Shown in pieces: positions 47,186 through 59,182 of a stretch of DNA of 64,000 bases. Where the stretch lies: assembly GCA_963771175.1 (NCBI GenBank), contig CAVYSY010000008.1, positions 1 to 64,000 of the forward strand, given 5' to 3'. Below the pieces are notes generated by a model. The model searched no databases and had not been told where the DNA came from. It worked only from the letters and a program-made list of their open reading frames with translations. Origin of the DNA: an uncultured delta proteobacterium (GTDB lineage Bacteria; Myxococcota; Myxococcia; Myxococcales; Myxococcaceae). How positions within the stretch are numbered: position 1 is the stretch's first letter; each line of letters opens with the position of its first letter. Both the position numbers and the translations under genes were made by a program.

Positions 47186-49000
47186 TCAGCGACCGGAGAG
47201 GAGCTGGTTGAGCTGGCGTGACACCTGGGCGCACTGCTCGACGTCGTGCGCCTCCAGGGCGGTGCGGCCGGACTCCAGCAGCAACTTCACGTTGTTCACC
47301 GCCGCCGTCGCCTGCTCGCTGGGGTTCTCCTCGGCGCTGCGCTGCAGCAGCTTCACCAGCTTCTCCCCGCGCTCCAGCAGCTTGCGGAACGTCTCCTCCG
47401 TCTTCTGCACGTCCTGCTTCGCCTGCTTCTGCGCGTAGGCGGCCTGCTCCTTCACGAGCCGCGCGGCCTCCTGCCCCGGCAGGTGCGGGCGCGCCTCCAG
47501 CTTCACCGACTCGGCCAGCCCCGTCTTCAGGTCCGTGGCCCGCACCGACAGCGTGCCCTCGTTGGACAGCTCGAACGTCACTTCCAGCGGCGTGTCCGTG
47601 CGCGAGGCCCCCTGGAGGTTGCGCAGCACCACCTCGCCCAGCTTCTGGTTCTCGTCCGCCAGGTCGCTCTCGCCCTGGTAGATGGGGATGCGCGCCTCCG
47701 TCTGCCCGTGGCTGCCCGGGTAGAAGACATCCTTGGCATTCACCGGCACCGAGCTGTTCTTGGCGATGAGCCGCTTCACCCTCCCGCCCAGCACGCCCAC
47801 GCCCAGCGAGTTGCCCACCACATCCAGCAGCAGCGCCGCCCCCGACTGGAGCGCCAGCTCGTCCGCGTGGATGGCCGCTCCCAACGCCACCGCCTCGTCC
47901 GGGTTCACCTCCGTGGAGGGCACCTTGTCGAAGAAGTCCGTCACGAGCTGGCGAATCAATGGCACCCGCGTCATGCCGCCCACCAGCAGCACCGCCCCCA
48001 CCTTGCCCGGCGCCATCCGCGCTTCCTTCATCACCGCGGCGCACACGTCGATGCAGCGCTTCGACAGCGGCTCGCAGAGTTGCTCGAAGAACTCACGGGT
48101 GAGCGCCGTCTCCAGGCCCGTCATCTTGCGCACCGGCTGGTTGTGGTCTCCCAGGCCCGACAGCGAGATGAGCGTCTCGTTGTACTCCGACAGCTCGCGC
48201 TTGGCCTGCTCCGCCGCCACCTTCAGCTTGCGCATGGACACCGCGTCGCGGTGCACCAGCTCGCGGTGGTTGTCGTCCACCTGCGCCAGCAGCCAGTCGA
48301 CAATCTTGAGGTCGAAGTCCTCGCCGCCCAGCGCGGAGTCGCCACCGGTGGCCTTCACCTCATAGACGCCGTCCGTGATCTCCAGGACGGTGACATCGAA
48401 GGTGCCGCCGCCCAGGTCGAACACGAGCGCGTGGCCCTGGAAGCCGCGCGACAGCCCGTAGGCGAGCGCCGCGGCGGTGGGCTCGTTGATGAGGCGGATG
48501 ACGTCCAGTCCGGCGATGTTGGCCGCCTCGCGCGTGGCCTGGCGCTGCCCGTCGTCGAAGTTGGCCGGAACGGTGATGACGCACTTGCTCACCGGCCGCC
48601 CGAAGTACGCCTCGGCGTCCAGCTTCAGCTCCCCCAGAATCATCGCCGACACCTGGGTCACCGGCAGGGTGCGCCCGGCCATCTTCACGCGCACGTCCCC
48701 GGTGTTGCCGCCCGCCAGTGGGTAGGGCACCACCGCCTTCGCCGTCTGCACCAACTCCGGGGTGAAGCGCCGCCCGATGAAGCGCTTGGTGGCCCACACC
48801 ACGCAATCGGGGTGCTCCTCGGCGAGCGCCTGCGCCTTGATGCCCACCACCCGCTCGGCCAGCTTCGGCGTGAGTCCCACGACGGAGGGCGTCAGCCGCC
48901 CTCCCGCGCGCGAGGGGATGATGCGCGGCTGGCCCCCCTCCACGGTGGCCACGGCGCTGTTGGTGGTGCCCAGGTCGATGCCGATGACGGGTTCGCGCAT
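47186..49000 (-). CDS. Hsp70-family protein (non-canonical DnaK paralog)
   Basis: [51 protein letters not shown]. Confidence 0.95.
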   Translation of the reverse strand: MREPVIGIDLGTTNSAVATVEGGQPRIIPSRAGGRLTPSVVGLTPKLAERVVGIKAQALAEEHPDCVVWATKRFIGRRFTPELVQTAKAVVPYPLAGGNTGDVRVKMAGRTLPVTQVSAMILGELKLDAEAYFGRPVSKCVITVPANFDDGQRQATREAANIAGLDVIRLINEPTAAALAYGLSRGFQGHALVFDLGGGTFDVTVLEITDGVYEVKATGGDSALGGEDFDLKIVDWLLAQVDDNHRELVHRDAVSMRKLKVAAEQAKRELSEYNETLISLSGLGDHNQPVRKMTGLETALTREFFEQLCEPLSKRCIDVCAAVMKEARMAPGKVGAVLLVGGMTRVPLIRQLVTDFFDKVPSTEVNPDEAVALGAAIHADELALQSGAALLLDVVGNSLGVGVLGGRVKRLIAKNSSVPVNAKDVFYPGSHGQTEARIPIYQGESDLADENQKLGEVVLRNLQGASRTDTPLEVTFELSNEGTLSVRATDLKTGLAESVKLEARPHLPGQEAARLVKEQAAYAQKQAKQDVQKTEETFRKLLERGEKLVKLLQRSAEENPSEQATAAVNNVKLLLESGRTALEAHDVEQCAQVSRQLNQLLSGR

Positions 49001-49161
49001 TGGGAGATGGGGTCATGATACGCCGGAGTCGCGTGGGTCCGGAGGCCCCCTTGCCTCCCACCCGACCGGGTACAGCCGCAGGGGAACTTATTGGAGACCT
49101 TGGACAAGCGCCGCGCCCGGCGTTGCCCCAGGGCGGGGGGCGTGCTAAGGGCCGCCGCGCC

Positions 49162-49708
49162 ATGGTGAACGTGTCAATCGCCCGCCGTTACGCCCGCGCG
49201 CTCCTCGACGTCGCCACTGAAGCTGGCCGCGCCGATGCGGTGTCCGAGCAGCTCTCCTCTTTCTCCGGCTCGATCGCCCAGAATCGCGAGCTGGCGGACG
49301 TGCTCTTCAACCCGGCCTACAGCCGCGAGCAGCGCACCGCGCGTGGTGGAGTCGCTCCTCAAGGCCCTCGGCCCGGTGGAGCCCGTGCTGGCCAACACCC
49401 TGCGCCTGCTGGTGGACCGCAACCGCCTGGGTTACCTGCCGGACATCGCCCGCCTCTACCGGGACATGGCCGACGCCCATGCCGGTCGCGTGCGCGGCCA
49501 GGTGACGAGCGCCGTCCCCCTCTCCGCCGACACCCTCCAGAGCCTCGCCGGCACCCTCAAGACGCTCACCCAGCGCAACGTGGTGCTCGAGGCCAAGGTG
49601 GACCCCACGGTCCTCGGCGGCGTCTCCGCCCAGGTGGGCAGCACCCTCTATGACGGCACCCTGCGCACCCAGCTCGAGCAGATGCGCCGTCAGCTCAAGC
49701 AGCGCTAG
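49162..49708 (+). CDS. atpH: ATP synthase F1 delta subunit (frameshift near 49340)
   Basis: IARRYARAL...NRL..LP.I...VDPTVLGGV.AQVG..LYDG. Confidence 0.92.
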
Positions 49709-49866
49709 GTAGCACCATGAGAGAGGGCCCGCTCGCACGGCCGGTCTCCATCCCGGCAGTCCCGGCGTTGTCCGGTCCCTCGCACTTCCCGGCAAGCCCG
49801 GTATTCCCAGCGGGAGCGGGAAGGGATATGGTGGATTCACGGGTCTCCCAGGCCCGTGTCTCCTCC

Positions 49867-51351
49867 ATGGCGCAGCCCGTCCTCAACCTCTCTCATGCCA
49901 GCACTCCGGCCCCTTCGTTGCCCGAGGAGGCCGTGCCCTGCGTGGGCGCCCTGCTCCAGGCCTCGGGGCTGGGACTGGCCTTCCTGGACCGGGAGCTGCG
50001 CTTCCGCTTCATCAGCACCGCCCTCATCACCCTGAGCGGAATGCCCGGCGCCCTGTACGAGGGCCGCACGGTGGCCGAGGTCTGGCCGGGTCTGGCCATC
50101 GGGCTGGCCCCGCTGCTCTCGCGCGCCATGGCGGGCGAGTCGGTGACGGGGGCTCAGGTGTCCGGCACGCTGGGCAGCGCCGGGGGCCACGGGGTGCGCC
50201 ACCTGCGGGTGTCGGTGCTCCCCGCCAGCGCCGGCGGCCTGCGCTCGGGCGTGAGCCTGATGGTGGAGGACGAGACGGAGCGCGTGGAGCAGGAGCTGGC
50301 CCTGCGCGAGAGCGAGGCACGGCTGAGCGGCCTCGTCGCCGTCTCCTGCGACGGCGTCTTCCTCCATGAGGAGGGCACCATCATCGAGGCGAGCCACTCC
50401 CTGGCCAACCTGTTCGGGAGCACGCCCGAGAAGATGAAGGGTCAGCCCATCGTGCGGTGGATCGCCCCCGAGTCCCACGAGGCGGTGAAGCAGGCGATCG
50501 CCCGGCAGGTGGAGGCTCCCTACGAGTTGACGGGGCTGCGCTCCGACGGCAAGCGGCTCTTCCTGGAGGTGCTCGGGCGGCAGGTGGAGTACTCCGGCCG
50601 CACGGTGCGGATGACGGCCGTGTGGGACATCAGCGCCCGCAAGGCCGCCGAGGAGGCCACCACCCGCGCCGACATCTTCCGCGAGCAGCTCCTGGGGGTG
50701 GTGGGGCACGACCTGCGCACCCCCCTCTATGCCATCCAGCTCAGCGTGGGGGCGCTCCAGCGCGCCGGTGGGCTGAACGACACGCAGTCGCGCCAGGTGG
50801 CGCACGTGGCCACCGCCTCCAAGCGCATGGAGCGGATGATCCACGAGCTGCTGGACTACACCCGCGCCCGGCTGGCCGGCGGCATCCCCGTGCGCCCCAC
50901 CCCCCTGTCCCTGGAGAAGCTGCTGGAGCGCGCGGTGGAGGACTTCCAGACGTCGCACCCCACCCGGCTGATCTCCTCCAGCGTGGAGGGAGACGTCCGG
51001 GGGAGCTGGGACGAGTCGCGGCTCGGGCAGCTCCTGGACAACCTCGTGGGCAATGCCCTGCAGCACAGTCCCGAGGACACCCCGGTGGAGGTGAAGCTCG
51101 CCGAGGGGTCGGACGGCGGCATCAGCCTCACGGTGCGCAACGAGGGGACTCCCGTGCCGCTCGAGGAGCGGGCGACCCTCTTCGAGCCCTTCAAGCGGGG
51201 CAAGCGTGCCAGTGGCGATGGGCTCGGCCTGGGCCTCTACATCGCCCGGCAGATCGTGGTGGCCCACGGGGGCCGCATCTCGGTGGAGTCCGGGGTGGGA
51301 CTGGGGACGCGCTTCAACGTCTGGCTCCCCCGCCACGCCCCCGGCGCCTAG
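49867..51351 (+). CDS. Cytoplasmic PAS-PAS histidine kinase
   Basis: GVVGHDLRTPL, NLVGNA, GLGLGLYI; no transmembrane segment; start could be 49828. Confidence 0.92.
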   Translation: MAQPVLNLSHASTPAPSLPEEAVPCVGALLQASGLGLAFLDRELRFRFISTALITLSGMPGALYEGRTVAEVWPGLAIGLAPLLSRAMAGESVTGAQVSGTLGSAGGHGVRHLRVSVLPASAGGLRSGVSLMVEDETERVEQELALRESEARLSGLVAVSCDGVFLHEEGTIIEASHSLANLFGSTPEKMKGQPIVRWIAPESHEAVKQAIARQVEAPYELTGLRSDGKRLFLEVLGRQVEYSGRTVRMTAVWDISARKAAEEATTRADIFREQLLGVVGHDLRTPLYAIQLSVGALQRAGGLNDTQSRQVAHVATASKRMERMIHELLDYTRARLAGGIPVRPTPLSLEKLLERAVEDFQTSHPTRLISSSVEGDVRGSWDESRLGQLLDNLVGNALQHSPEDTPVEVKLAEGSDGGISLTVRNEGTPVPLEERATLFEPFKRGKRASGDGLGLGLYIARQIVVAHGGRISVESGVGLGTRFNVWLPRHAPGA

Positions 51352-51516
51352 AGGGAAAACCCCTCCCCCCAGTGGCTCTTACAGGGCCAATGACAACGTG
51401 TGCCCCAGGACACCCTTGCGCGTTGCGGTGGGGGGGTGCGCGTGGTAAGGGGGCCCCCGCCATATTCAGCTTTCGTGGCGGCATTCCCACCGGCCGCCCC
51501 TGTACAAGGACGCAAG

Positions 51517-53066
<1,550 letters not shown>

Positions 53067-53094
53067 TCCGCGCCCTCCGAGGTTGATCTCACCC

Positions 53095-53137
53095 GGGCCC
53101 CGCGCTCCCTTCCGAGGGACGCGGGGCTTCGTGTTTC
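53095..53137 (+). terminator. Hairpin after atpA
   Basis: GCCCCGCG-CTCCCT..AGGGA-CGCGGGGC followed by TTCGTGTTT. Confidence 0.6.
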
Positions 53138-53143
53138 AGGGGC

Positions 53144-53470
53144 TCAGGCGATCACCTTGCCCGCCACCTGGAGCGCCTTGTCCAGGTAGCCGGCGAGCTC
53201 GCCCAGCCGGCCCACCACCTGGCTCACCTTGTTCAGGTCGTCGGCGGCCTGGGCGAGGGCGTGGTTGGTGTCGTGCATGGCGGCGGTGGCCTGCTTGAAC
53301 TCGGCCGACTCCGCATCGAAGCGCGCGCCGAGCAACCGCATCATCAGCTCGCGCAGCCGCTTGCCGTGGGCGAGGTACTCCGCGCGCGTCTCCGCCGGCA
53401 GGGCGCCACTCATGGACAGGTCGAAGCTGCGCTCGATGATGCGGGTCAACGTCTGCGTGTCGAAGAGCAT
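53144..53470 (-). CDS. 108-aa all-helical hypothetical protein
   Basis: Starts 3 bp after the upstream stop with RBS GAGGGGGAG; amphipathic heptads. Confidence 0.75.
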   Translation of the reverse strand: MLFDTQTLTRIIERSFDLSMSGALPAETRAEYLAHGKRLRELMMRLLGARFDAESAEFKQATAAMHDTNHALAQAADDLNKVSQVVGRLGELAGYLDKALQVAGKVIA

Positions 53471-53473
53471 GGC

Positions 53474-54438
53474 TCACTCCCCCTCGGGATTGCGGATGCG
53501 CTGCACGGCGGCGGCGGCCACCTGGACGCGGCCCTGGAAGGCCTGCATGGCCGCGGACAGCTCCTCGAAGGACTCCAGCTCGCGCTCGGCGCGGGCGAAG
53601 CGCAGCAGGGCCTCGTGCGCTTCACGCAGGGCCCGGGCCATGTCCACCGGGTTGGCCACCACCAGGGCCTCGTAGTCCTCGGAGGCGCGGCGGATGTCCG
53701 CGAGCACCTCGCGACGCTCGGCCAGCGAGAGCTTGTTCTTCTGGGCGTTGTAGAAGCCCACCCGCGAGGCCAGCGCCTGCTTCGCGCCCGTGAGCCGCTG
53801 GGGCCCGAGCACGTCCAGCATGTCCGCCTCCAGCAGGTCGATGATGGCCTTCACCTGGGGCTCCCCCTGCTCGATGCCCTTCTGGAGCGCCTGCGGCCTG
53901 CTTGTTCTCCAGGTAGAGCGAGCCCACCACGCTCACCAGCGCCGTCACCGGCGCCACGTACTTGCTGGCCGAGGTGTCCCCCTGCTCCCGCCAGCGTCTG
54001 GAGCTGCTGACCCAGCCCGCCGAGCTGCTGGCCCAGGGGCTGCGCGCTCTCGGGCAGCTTGCCCGGAACCTCGGAGCCGGCCAGGGTGACGAGCCGCTCG
54101 GCGTAGACGCCCAGCAGCGCGATGGCGTCCATGCGCGCCTGGATGGACTCCGGCGTGAAGACCTTGCCCAGCAGCGGCGTGGGCTGGCCGCTCGCGTCGG
54201 TGGCGAGCACCTCCAGCCCCGTGTCGTACAGGCGCTCGTCGAGGTAGAGATTCCTCTCGAAGCGGTTCATCTCCGCGTAATAGCCGCCCAGCGCGGTACT
54301 GGCCTGCGCGGTGCCCATCTGGAACTGCGCCACGGGCTCCCGGAAACTGCCGGGCGTCTTGCACCCCGGCAGCAGTGCCAGCACGAGCGCCAGCGATGCA
54401 GCCGGTAAGGACCGCGCCCACCCTCGCATCCGTCTCAT
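53474..54438 (-). CDS. About 320-aa helical lipoprotein (two frameshifts near 53985 and 53895)
   Basis: Lipobox LPGC; ORFs 53851-54438, 53622-53957 and 53474-53854 join. Confidence 0.72.
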
Positions 54439-54565
54439 CGGCTCCCCCTACATCCGTGTGGAGTACGTCTCCTCCAGCCTACTGCTTCCGGAGGACGGAG
54501 GTGCTCTCCACTTCGCCCGCCGGAAGCTGGAGAACACGGAGCCGGGCCTGGGCGGGGCCTGACGC

Positions 54566-55417
54566 TCAGCCGCGCAGGCGCGGGAGGATGGCGCGCAGGC
54601 TCGGGTCCATCCCGCCGCGGGAGCCGAGCGCGGCGATGGCCTGGCGCTCGTACTCCAGCGTGTTGATGCGGGCCACGAGCTGCACGCTCGCCCCGAGCGC
54701 CGCGGGCATCGCCAGGTCCAGCTCGTAGATGTCGCCGGCCACCAGCGTCGTCTCCGGAGAGGTGTCCGTCTCGTTCCAGATGCGGCGCAGCGCCTCGTAG
54801 TAGCGGCCGCGCCGCAGGTGGATGGGGCGCACCAGCGGGGGCGCCCGCACCGTCTCGGGCACCGCGTCGAAGACGGAGTCGCTCGTCGCCGGGTCCTCGA
54901 TGAGGAACTTGCGCGCGTCACCGGACACGCGCAGGCGCTCGCGGCCGCGCGGGGCCAGCTTCGTCAGCTTGGCCTCCACCGTGTCCGTGTGCGCGTTGGT
55001 GACGACGTGCACGGGCAGCCCGGTGTCCAGCAACGCCTCCAGCACCTCCTTGGCCTCGGGCTTGAAGGCCATGCCCACCTGCGCGTACGCCTCGCGGTAG
55101 AGCGCGTCCAGCAGCTTCGCGCGCTCGGCCTTGTCCGGCAGCACCCCGAGCCTGTCGCACAGCCGCCGCGCCACGAAGTTGGACAGCAGGTACGGGTCCG
55201 CCAGGGCCGGCGCCACGACGCGGCCTCCCACCTCCCAGCCGTGCTCCTCCGAGCTGGTCGCCACCTCGTGCTCCACCTCGGCCCACCCCGCCTCCATCAC
55301 GTCGCGGCCAATCACCTCGGACAGGCGCCGACGGAAGTGCTGGACGAAAGGAGTCCCTTCCGCCACCACGTCCGTGAAGGTCCCGTCGAAATCCAACACC
55401 ACGCATCGAATCGCCAT
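54566..55417 (-). CDS. HAD-superfamily hydrolase
   Basis: VLDFDGTFTD, VVTNA, VAGDIYELD. Confidence 0.9.
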   Translation of the reverse strand: MAIRCVVLDFDGTFTDVVAEGTPFVQHFRRRLSEVIGRDVMEAGWAEVEHEVATSSEEHGWEVGGRVVAPALADPYLLSNFVARRLCDRLGVLPDKAERAKLLDALYREAYAQVGMAFKPEAKEVLEALLDTGLPVHVVTNAHTDTVEAKLTKLAPRGRERLRVSGDARKFLIEDPATSDSVFDAVPETVRAPPLVRPIHLRRGRYYEALRRIWNETDTSPETTLVAGDIYELDLAMPAALGASVQLVARINTLEYERQAIAALGSRGGMDPSLRAILPRLRG

Positions 55418-55927
55418 CGTCCTGAATCCTCGCTGTCGCAGGAGGTGCGCAATAGGCCCCCTCCCCGCCTGGAATCAAGCCCGAGCGCGTCACCAACGGC
55501 AAGGGAACCACCGGCAGCGCGGGCGTGTCAGACCCCACGTGTAGAACGGAGGCTGGCGGTCGACGGAGGAACCGCGGGCCCCGGCGCCGGGAGACGCTGG
55601 GGCCCGCGGGAATGTCAGACCCTCCGTCTATACCGAAGAGTGTCGGCGCGACGAGGCGCCGCGGGTTCCGGCGGTCCCTGGGAAGGCCACTGGAGCCTAC
55701 ATCGCAGTAGGGCTGCACTTCCGCCAACCACCCTGTGGGTGCGAGGCGGCGGGGGCGGCGCGTCCGGATCCCCTCCCCGGGCGCGCCGCCTCATCTTTTT
55801 CCAGCTCCCGGGAGTCCACCCCCCGCGGGAGGGCCCGCTGATGGACGCGCCCCCCTTTCACCTTGAGTCCTACCCGAGTTCCCCGACTACGCTTGGAGCA
55901 CAAACCACGAGCGCCGGAGAGGAGCGG

Positions 55928-56766
55928 ATGGAGCGAGCAGCGAGCGACACGGAGAAGCGTCGGCGCGCGCGGTTGCCATGGCTGTTGCTGGCGGGCACGG
56001 TGGGTGTCTCGGCACTGGGCGGGTGGCTGGCGTGGCGCTCCATCTCCTCGCTGCTGACGCGGGTGGAGCAATTGGAGCGCGCGGGCAACGAGTCCGAGGC
56101 GCGAGTCGCCGAGCTGCAGGTACTGCGCGACAGCATGGCGCGGCGGCTGCGCCAGATGGAACAGCAGCAACAGGGAATGACGGCGGCGCTCGGCCGCCGC
56201 GTCAGCGAGCAGGGCCCGCTTCTCGCGAGGCGCGAGGTGGCGCGGGCGGAGCTGGAGAAGCTGCTGAAGGGGGAGCTGGAGAGGGGCGAGGCCTTCCTGG
56301 AGGAGTCGGACGGGCGGCTGCGGGTGGAGCTGGCGGACCGGCTCCTCTTCGAGCCGCGCAAGGCGGCGCTGACGCCCGGGGGCGCGCAGTTGCTGACGCG
56401 GGTGGGTGCGAAGCTGGCGGGGGTGGAGGGACACCTCGTGCAGGTAGCGGCGCACACGGACGCGGTGCAGGAGGCGCCAGAGACGACCGCCCCGCCGACG
56501 AGCTGGGAGCTGTCGGCGGCGCGCGCGGTGACGGTGGTGCGCCACCTCGGGGAGAAGGCGAGATTCTCTCCGGCGAAGCTGGTGGCGGCGGGCTACGGGC
56601 CCCACCACCCGGTGGTGGTGGATGATGGGCCGCTGGCCCGGGAGCGCAACCGGAGGCTGGAGCTGCAGCTCATGCCCGCGCCGGTGCCGCAGGCCAACCC
56701 CCACCCCCACCGCCGGCCCCCGCGGACCAGCGGCTGGCGAAGAAGCGCCCCGGCAACGCGCGCTGA
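55928..56766 (+). CDS. OmpA/MotB-family membrane protein
   Basis: One TM, coiled coil, AHTD...SWELSAARAVTVV...GYG...NRRLEL; end approximate. Confidence 0.85.
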
Positions 56767-56862
56767 CCGCCGGGAAAATCCCTTGAATAAACACGACCAG
56801 GCAGCCGTCCGAGCGCTCCGTCACCTCTCGCTGCCCCTTCTTGTTCCCAGGAGGAGTTCCCC

Positions 56863-57760
56863 GTGTCCACCCTCAGGCACCTCGTGTGCGCTTCGCTGGC
56901 GACTGGCCTGTTCCTCACCACTGGCACGGCAGAGGCCCGCTTCGGTAAGCGCTCCGACTCCAGCTCCAGCGACGAGAAGGAGGAGAAAGCGCGAGGAGCG
57001 CAAGCACGAGGCCTCGCCCGTGAGCAGCAGCTCCAGTTCCAGCAGCAGCAGCTCCAGCCGCCACGAAGCGACGCCGGTGGGTGGGAGCAGCAGCGACTCG
57101 AGCGACGCCGACGAGGATGACAACTCCGGCTACGCCACCTCGTACAACGGCTCCAGCAGCGTGACCGTCGTCCGGTGTCCGATGACCACCACCGCCGATG
57201 TACGCCTACTGGCACAGCGGCTCGATGGGCGAACCGCGCGCCGAGCCCGGTGCTGGTGCGGATGGGTCTGACGGGGCAGGCGATGGGAGACGGCAGCGCG
57301 CTGGGGCTGGACCTGGGCTTCGAGGGGATGCGGTGGGGCGTGGACGGACGCGCTGACGGCGATGACGCTGCCGACGGATGACGGCACCGCGGGCGAGGAC
57401 AAGATCGGCCTCTACTCGGCGCACCTGACGTACGCGCTGTACTCCAGCGACCGCGGGCGGCTGCGGCGGAGGCGGGTGTGGCCGTGGCGGCCGCGCCGGA
57501 CGTCACCTTCATGGGCCCGAGCATCGCCATGTCCTTCGAGCGCTGCCTCTTCGGCGGACTGGACCTGGAAGGCCGCGGCACCTCGTGGTGGTGCCGTACA
57601 CGCAGCTCGATGCGCAGGCGGGGCTCGGGCTGCACCTGGGCATCCTCACCCTGCGCACGGGCTGGCGGTGGCTGCTCCTCAACGACCGCGGCCTCGTCGA
57701 TGGCGAGGCGCACCAGGACGTCTTCGCCGGGCCCTACGCGGGCCTCGGTCTCAACTTCTA
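56863..57760 (+). CDS. Exported protein with Ser-rich linker and C-terminal beta-barrel (frameshifted)
   Basis: Signal ending AEA, poly-Ser at about 57020-57110, ends GPYAGLGLNF*. Confidence 0.65.
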
Positions 57761-57830
57761 GGCGGCCACGTCGCCCCCTCCCCGCTCCCCCTGTCCGCGG
57801 GAAAGGGCGAGGGGACCGGGCCCCCCGGGC

Positions 57831-58511
57831 TCATTTTCCCGACATTCCCTCGGAGGCGGCCTCCATCCCCATGGGAGTCGGCGCCTCCTCGGCGGACTCC
57901 GCCTTCTTGCCCCGGCGCTTGGGCGGCGGAGCGAGCTTCGGCGCCGAGCCGAACAGCCGCTCGTAGGTCTCCGGGGTGTTGATGTTGACGACGACCCCCG
58001 GGTCCTTCACCGGGACGCGGCGCACCTGCACCGCCTTCAGCGCCCCCTCGAGCTGCGCCTCACCCGACTCCAGCAGGCTCTCGGCGACGCCGCGCGAGAG
58101 GATGATGGGGTAGCCGGCGGCCCCGTCGAACTCGGGGCGCATGGCCTCCAGGGAGTCCCCCATCGACTTGAGGAGGGACTTGAGCGTGGAGGCCCGCAGG
58201 GCGGGCATGTCCACCGGGTGGAGCAGCACCACGTCCGCGCCCTCGTCGAACGCCGCCTCCAGCCCGGCCTTCACCGAGCTGAGCTGCCCCTCCTGCCAGT
58301 GCTCGCTCTCCACCAGATTGACGGCGGGGTGCTGGTCCTTCACGGCCTGGGCGTCCTTCCCCACGACCCCGATGACCGCGCACCCTGCCTTGCCGAACGT
58401 CGACGCGAGCGACTGCAGGAAGCTCTTGCCCCCCTCGTGCTCGATGAGCGCCTTGGGATGGCCCATCCGCCTGGCCTCGCCCGCGGCGAGGATGATTGCC
58501 ACTGCCTTCAT
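57831..58511 (-). CDS. MocA/MobA-like nucleotidyltransferase family protein
   Basis: IILAAGEARRMGHPKAL, GQLSSVKAG, HPVDMP, NINTPE. Confidence 0.9.
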   Translation of the reverse strand: MKAVAIILAAGEARRMGHPKALIEHEGGKSFLQSLASTFGKAGCAVIGVVGKDAQAVKDQHPAVNLVESEHWQEGQLSSVKAGLEAAFDEGADVVLLHPVDMPALRASTLKSLLKSMGDSLEAMRPEFDGAAGYPIILSRGVAESLLESGEAQLEGALKAVQVRRVPVKDPGVVVNINTPETYERLFGSAPKLAPPPKRRGKKAESAEEAPTPMGMEAASEGMSGK

Positions 58512-58718
58512 GCCACGCCTCCTCGGCCCCCACCGTTTGGCGTGGGGGCGACCGGCTACAAGCTGACCAGCGTGGAGCGAGCTGGCCGCGCACTGGAGGG
58601 CAGGTCGTTGGGAACACGGCACTTGGAAGCAGCCAGGTGTCCGCCATTCACGAAAGTGCGACCCGCTTCCGCCCATGAGCGAACTTCCGGCCCCCATCAC
58701 CCACCCTCTGAAACGACG

Positions 58719-59031
58719 CTAGTGCACCCAATTGGAGCGGGAGCCCTGACCACCCGGGACGAAAACGAGCCGCGCGGGCCGCTCGTCTGAAATTCCTTCC
58801 GAGGCCATGGCCGCGCGGGCAGTCAGAATTTCAGACATGCGGACCAGCGGGAGCGTGTACCAGATGCGGGACGAGCTCCTCCTCCGCCACGTGGCCGAGC
58901 ACATCTCCGTGTCGCTCATCCACCACTGGCAGCAGGTGGACGCCGTAACGGTGCATCACCTCCAGCGCGCGCAGCACGGTGTCGCGCGGATAGAGGATGA
59001 TGTCAGGCATTGCAACGACTTGGGTCTCTAC
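58719..59031 (-). CDS. Small CBS-domain protein (frameshift near 58870)
   Basis: PRDTVLRALEVMHRYGVHLLPVVDE..G.VLGHV. Confidence 0.7.
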
Positions 59032-59182
59032 CGTGCGGCGCGTCAAGGATACCTCCAGGAAGGAAGCCCGTCTGGCCCCTGCTCGGGCCCTAGCAATCCC
59101 CCTGCCGTCCCCTCGAGGGTCCCCCACGCAACTTTTGGAAGGGATGGAGGATAATGGAGGGAGCATTGCCCGGAGCCCCCCC

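Noticed and set aside
55928..56766. MotB as evidence of flagellar motility
   Set aside because: No motA or flagellar genes nearby; stand-alone OmpA/MotB proteins are common in myxobacteria.
56955..57125. AGC/TCC-rich low-complexity tract
   Set aside because: Encodes a poly-Ser linker in an exported protein.
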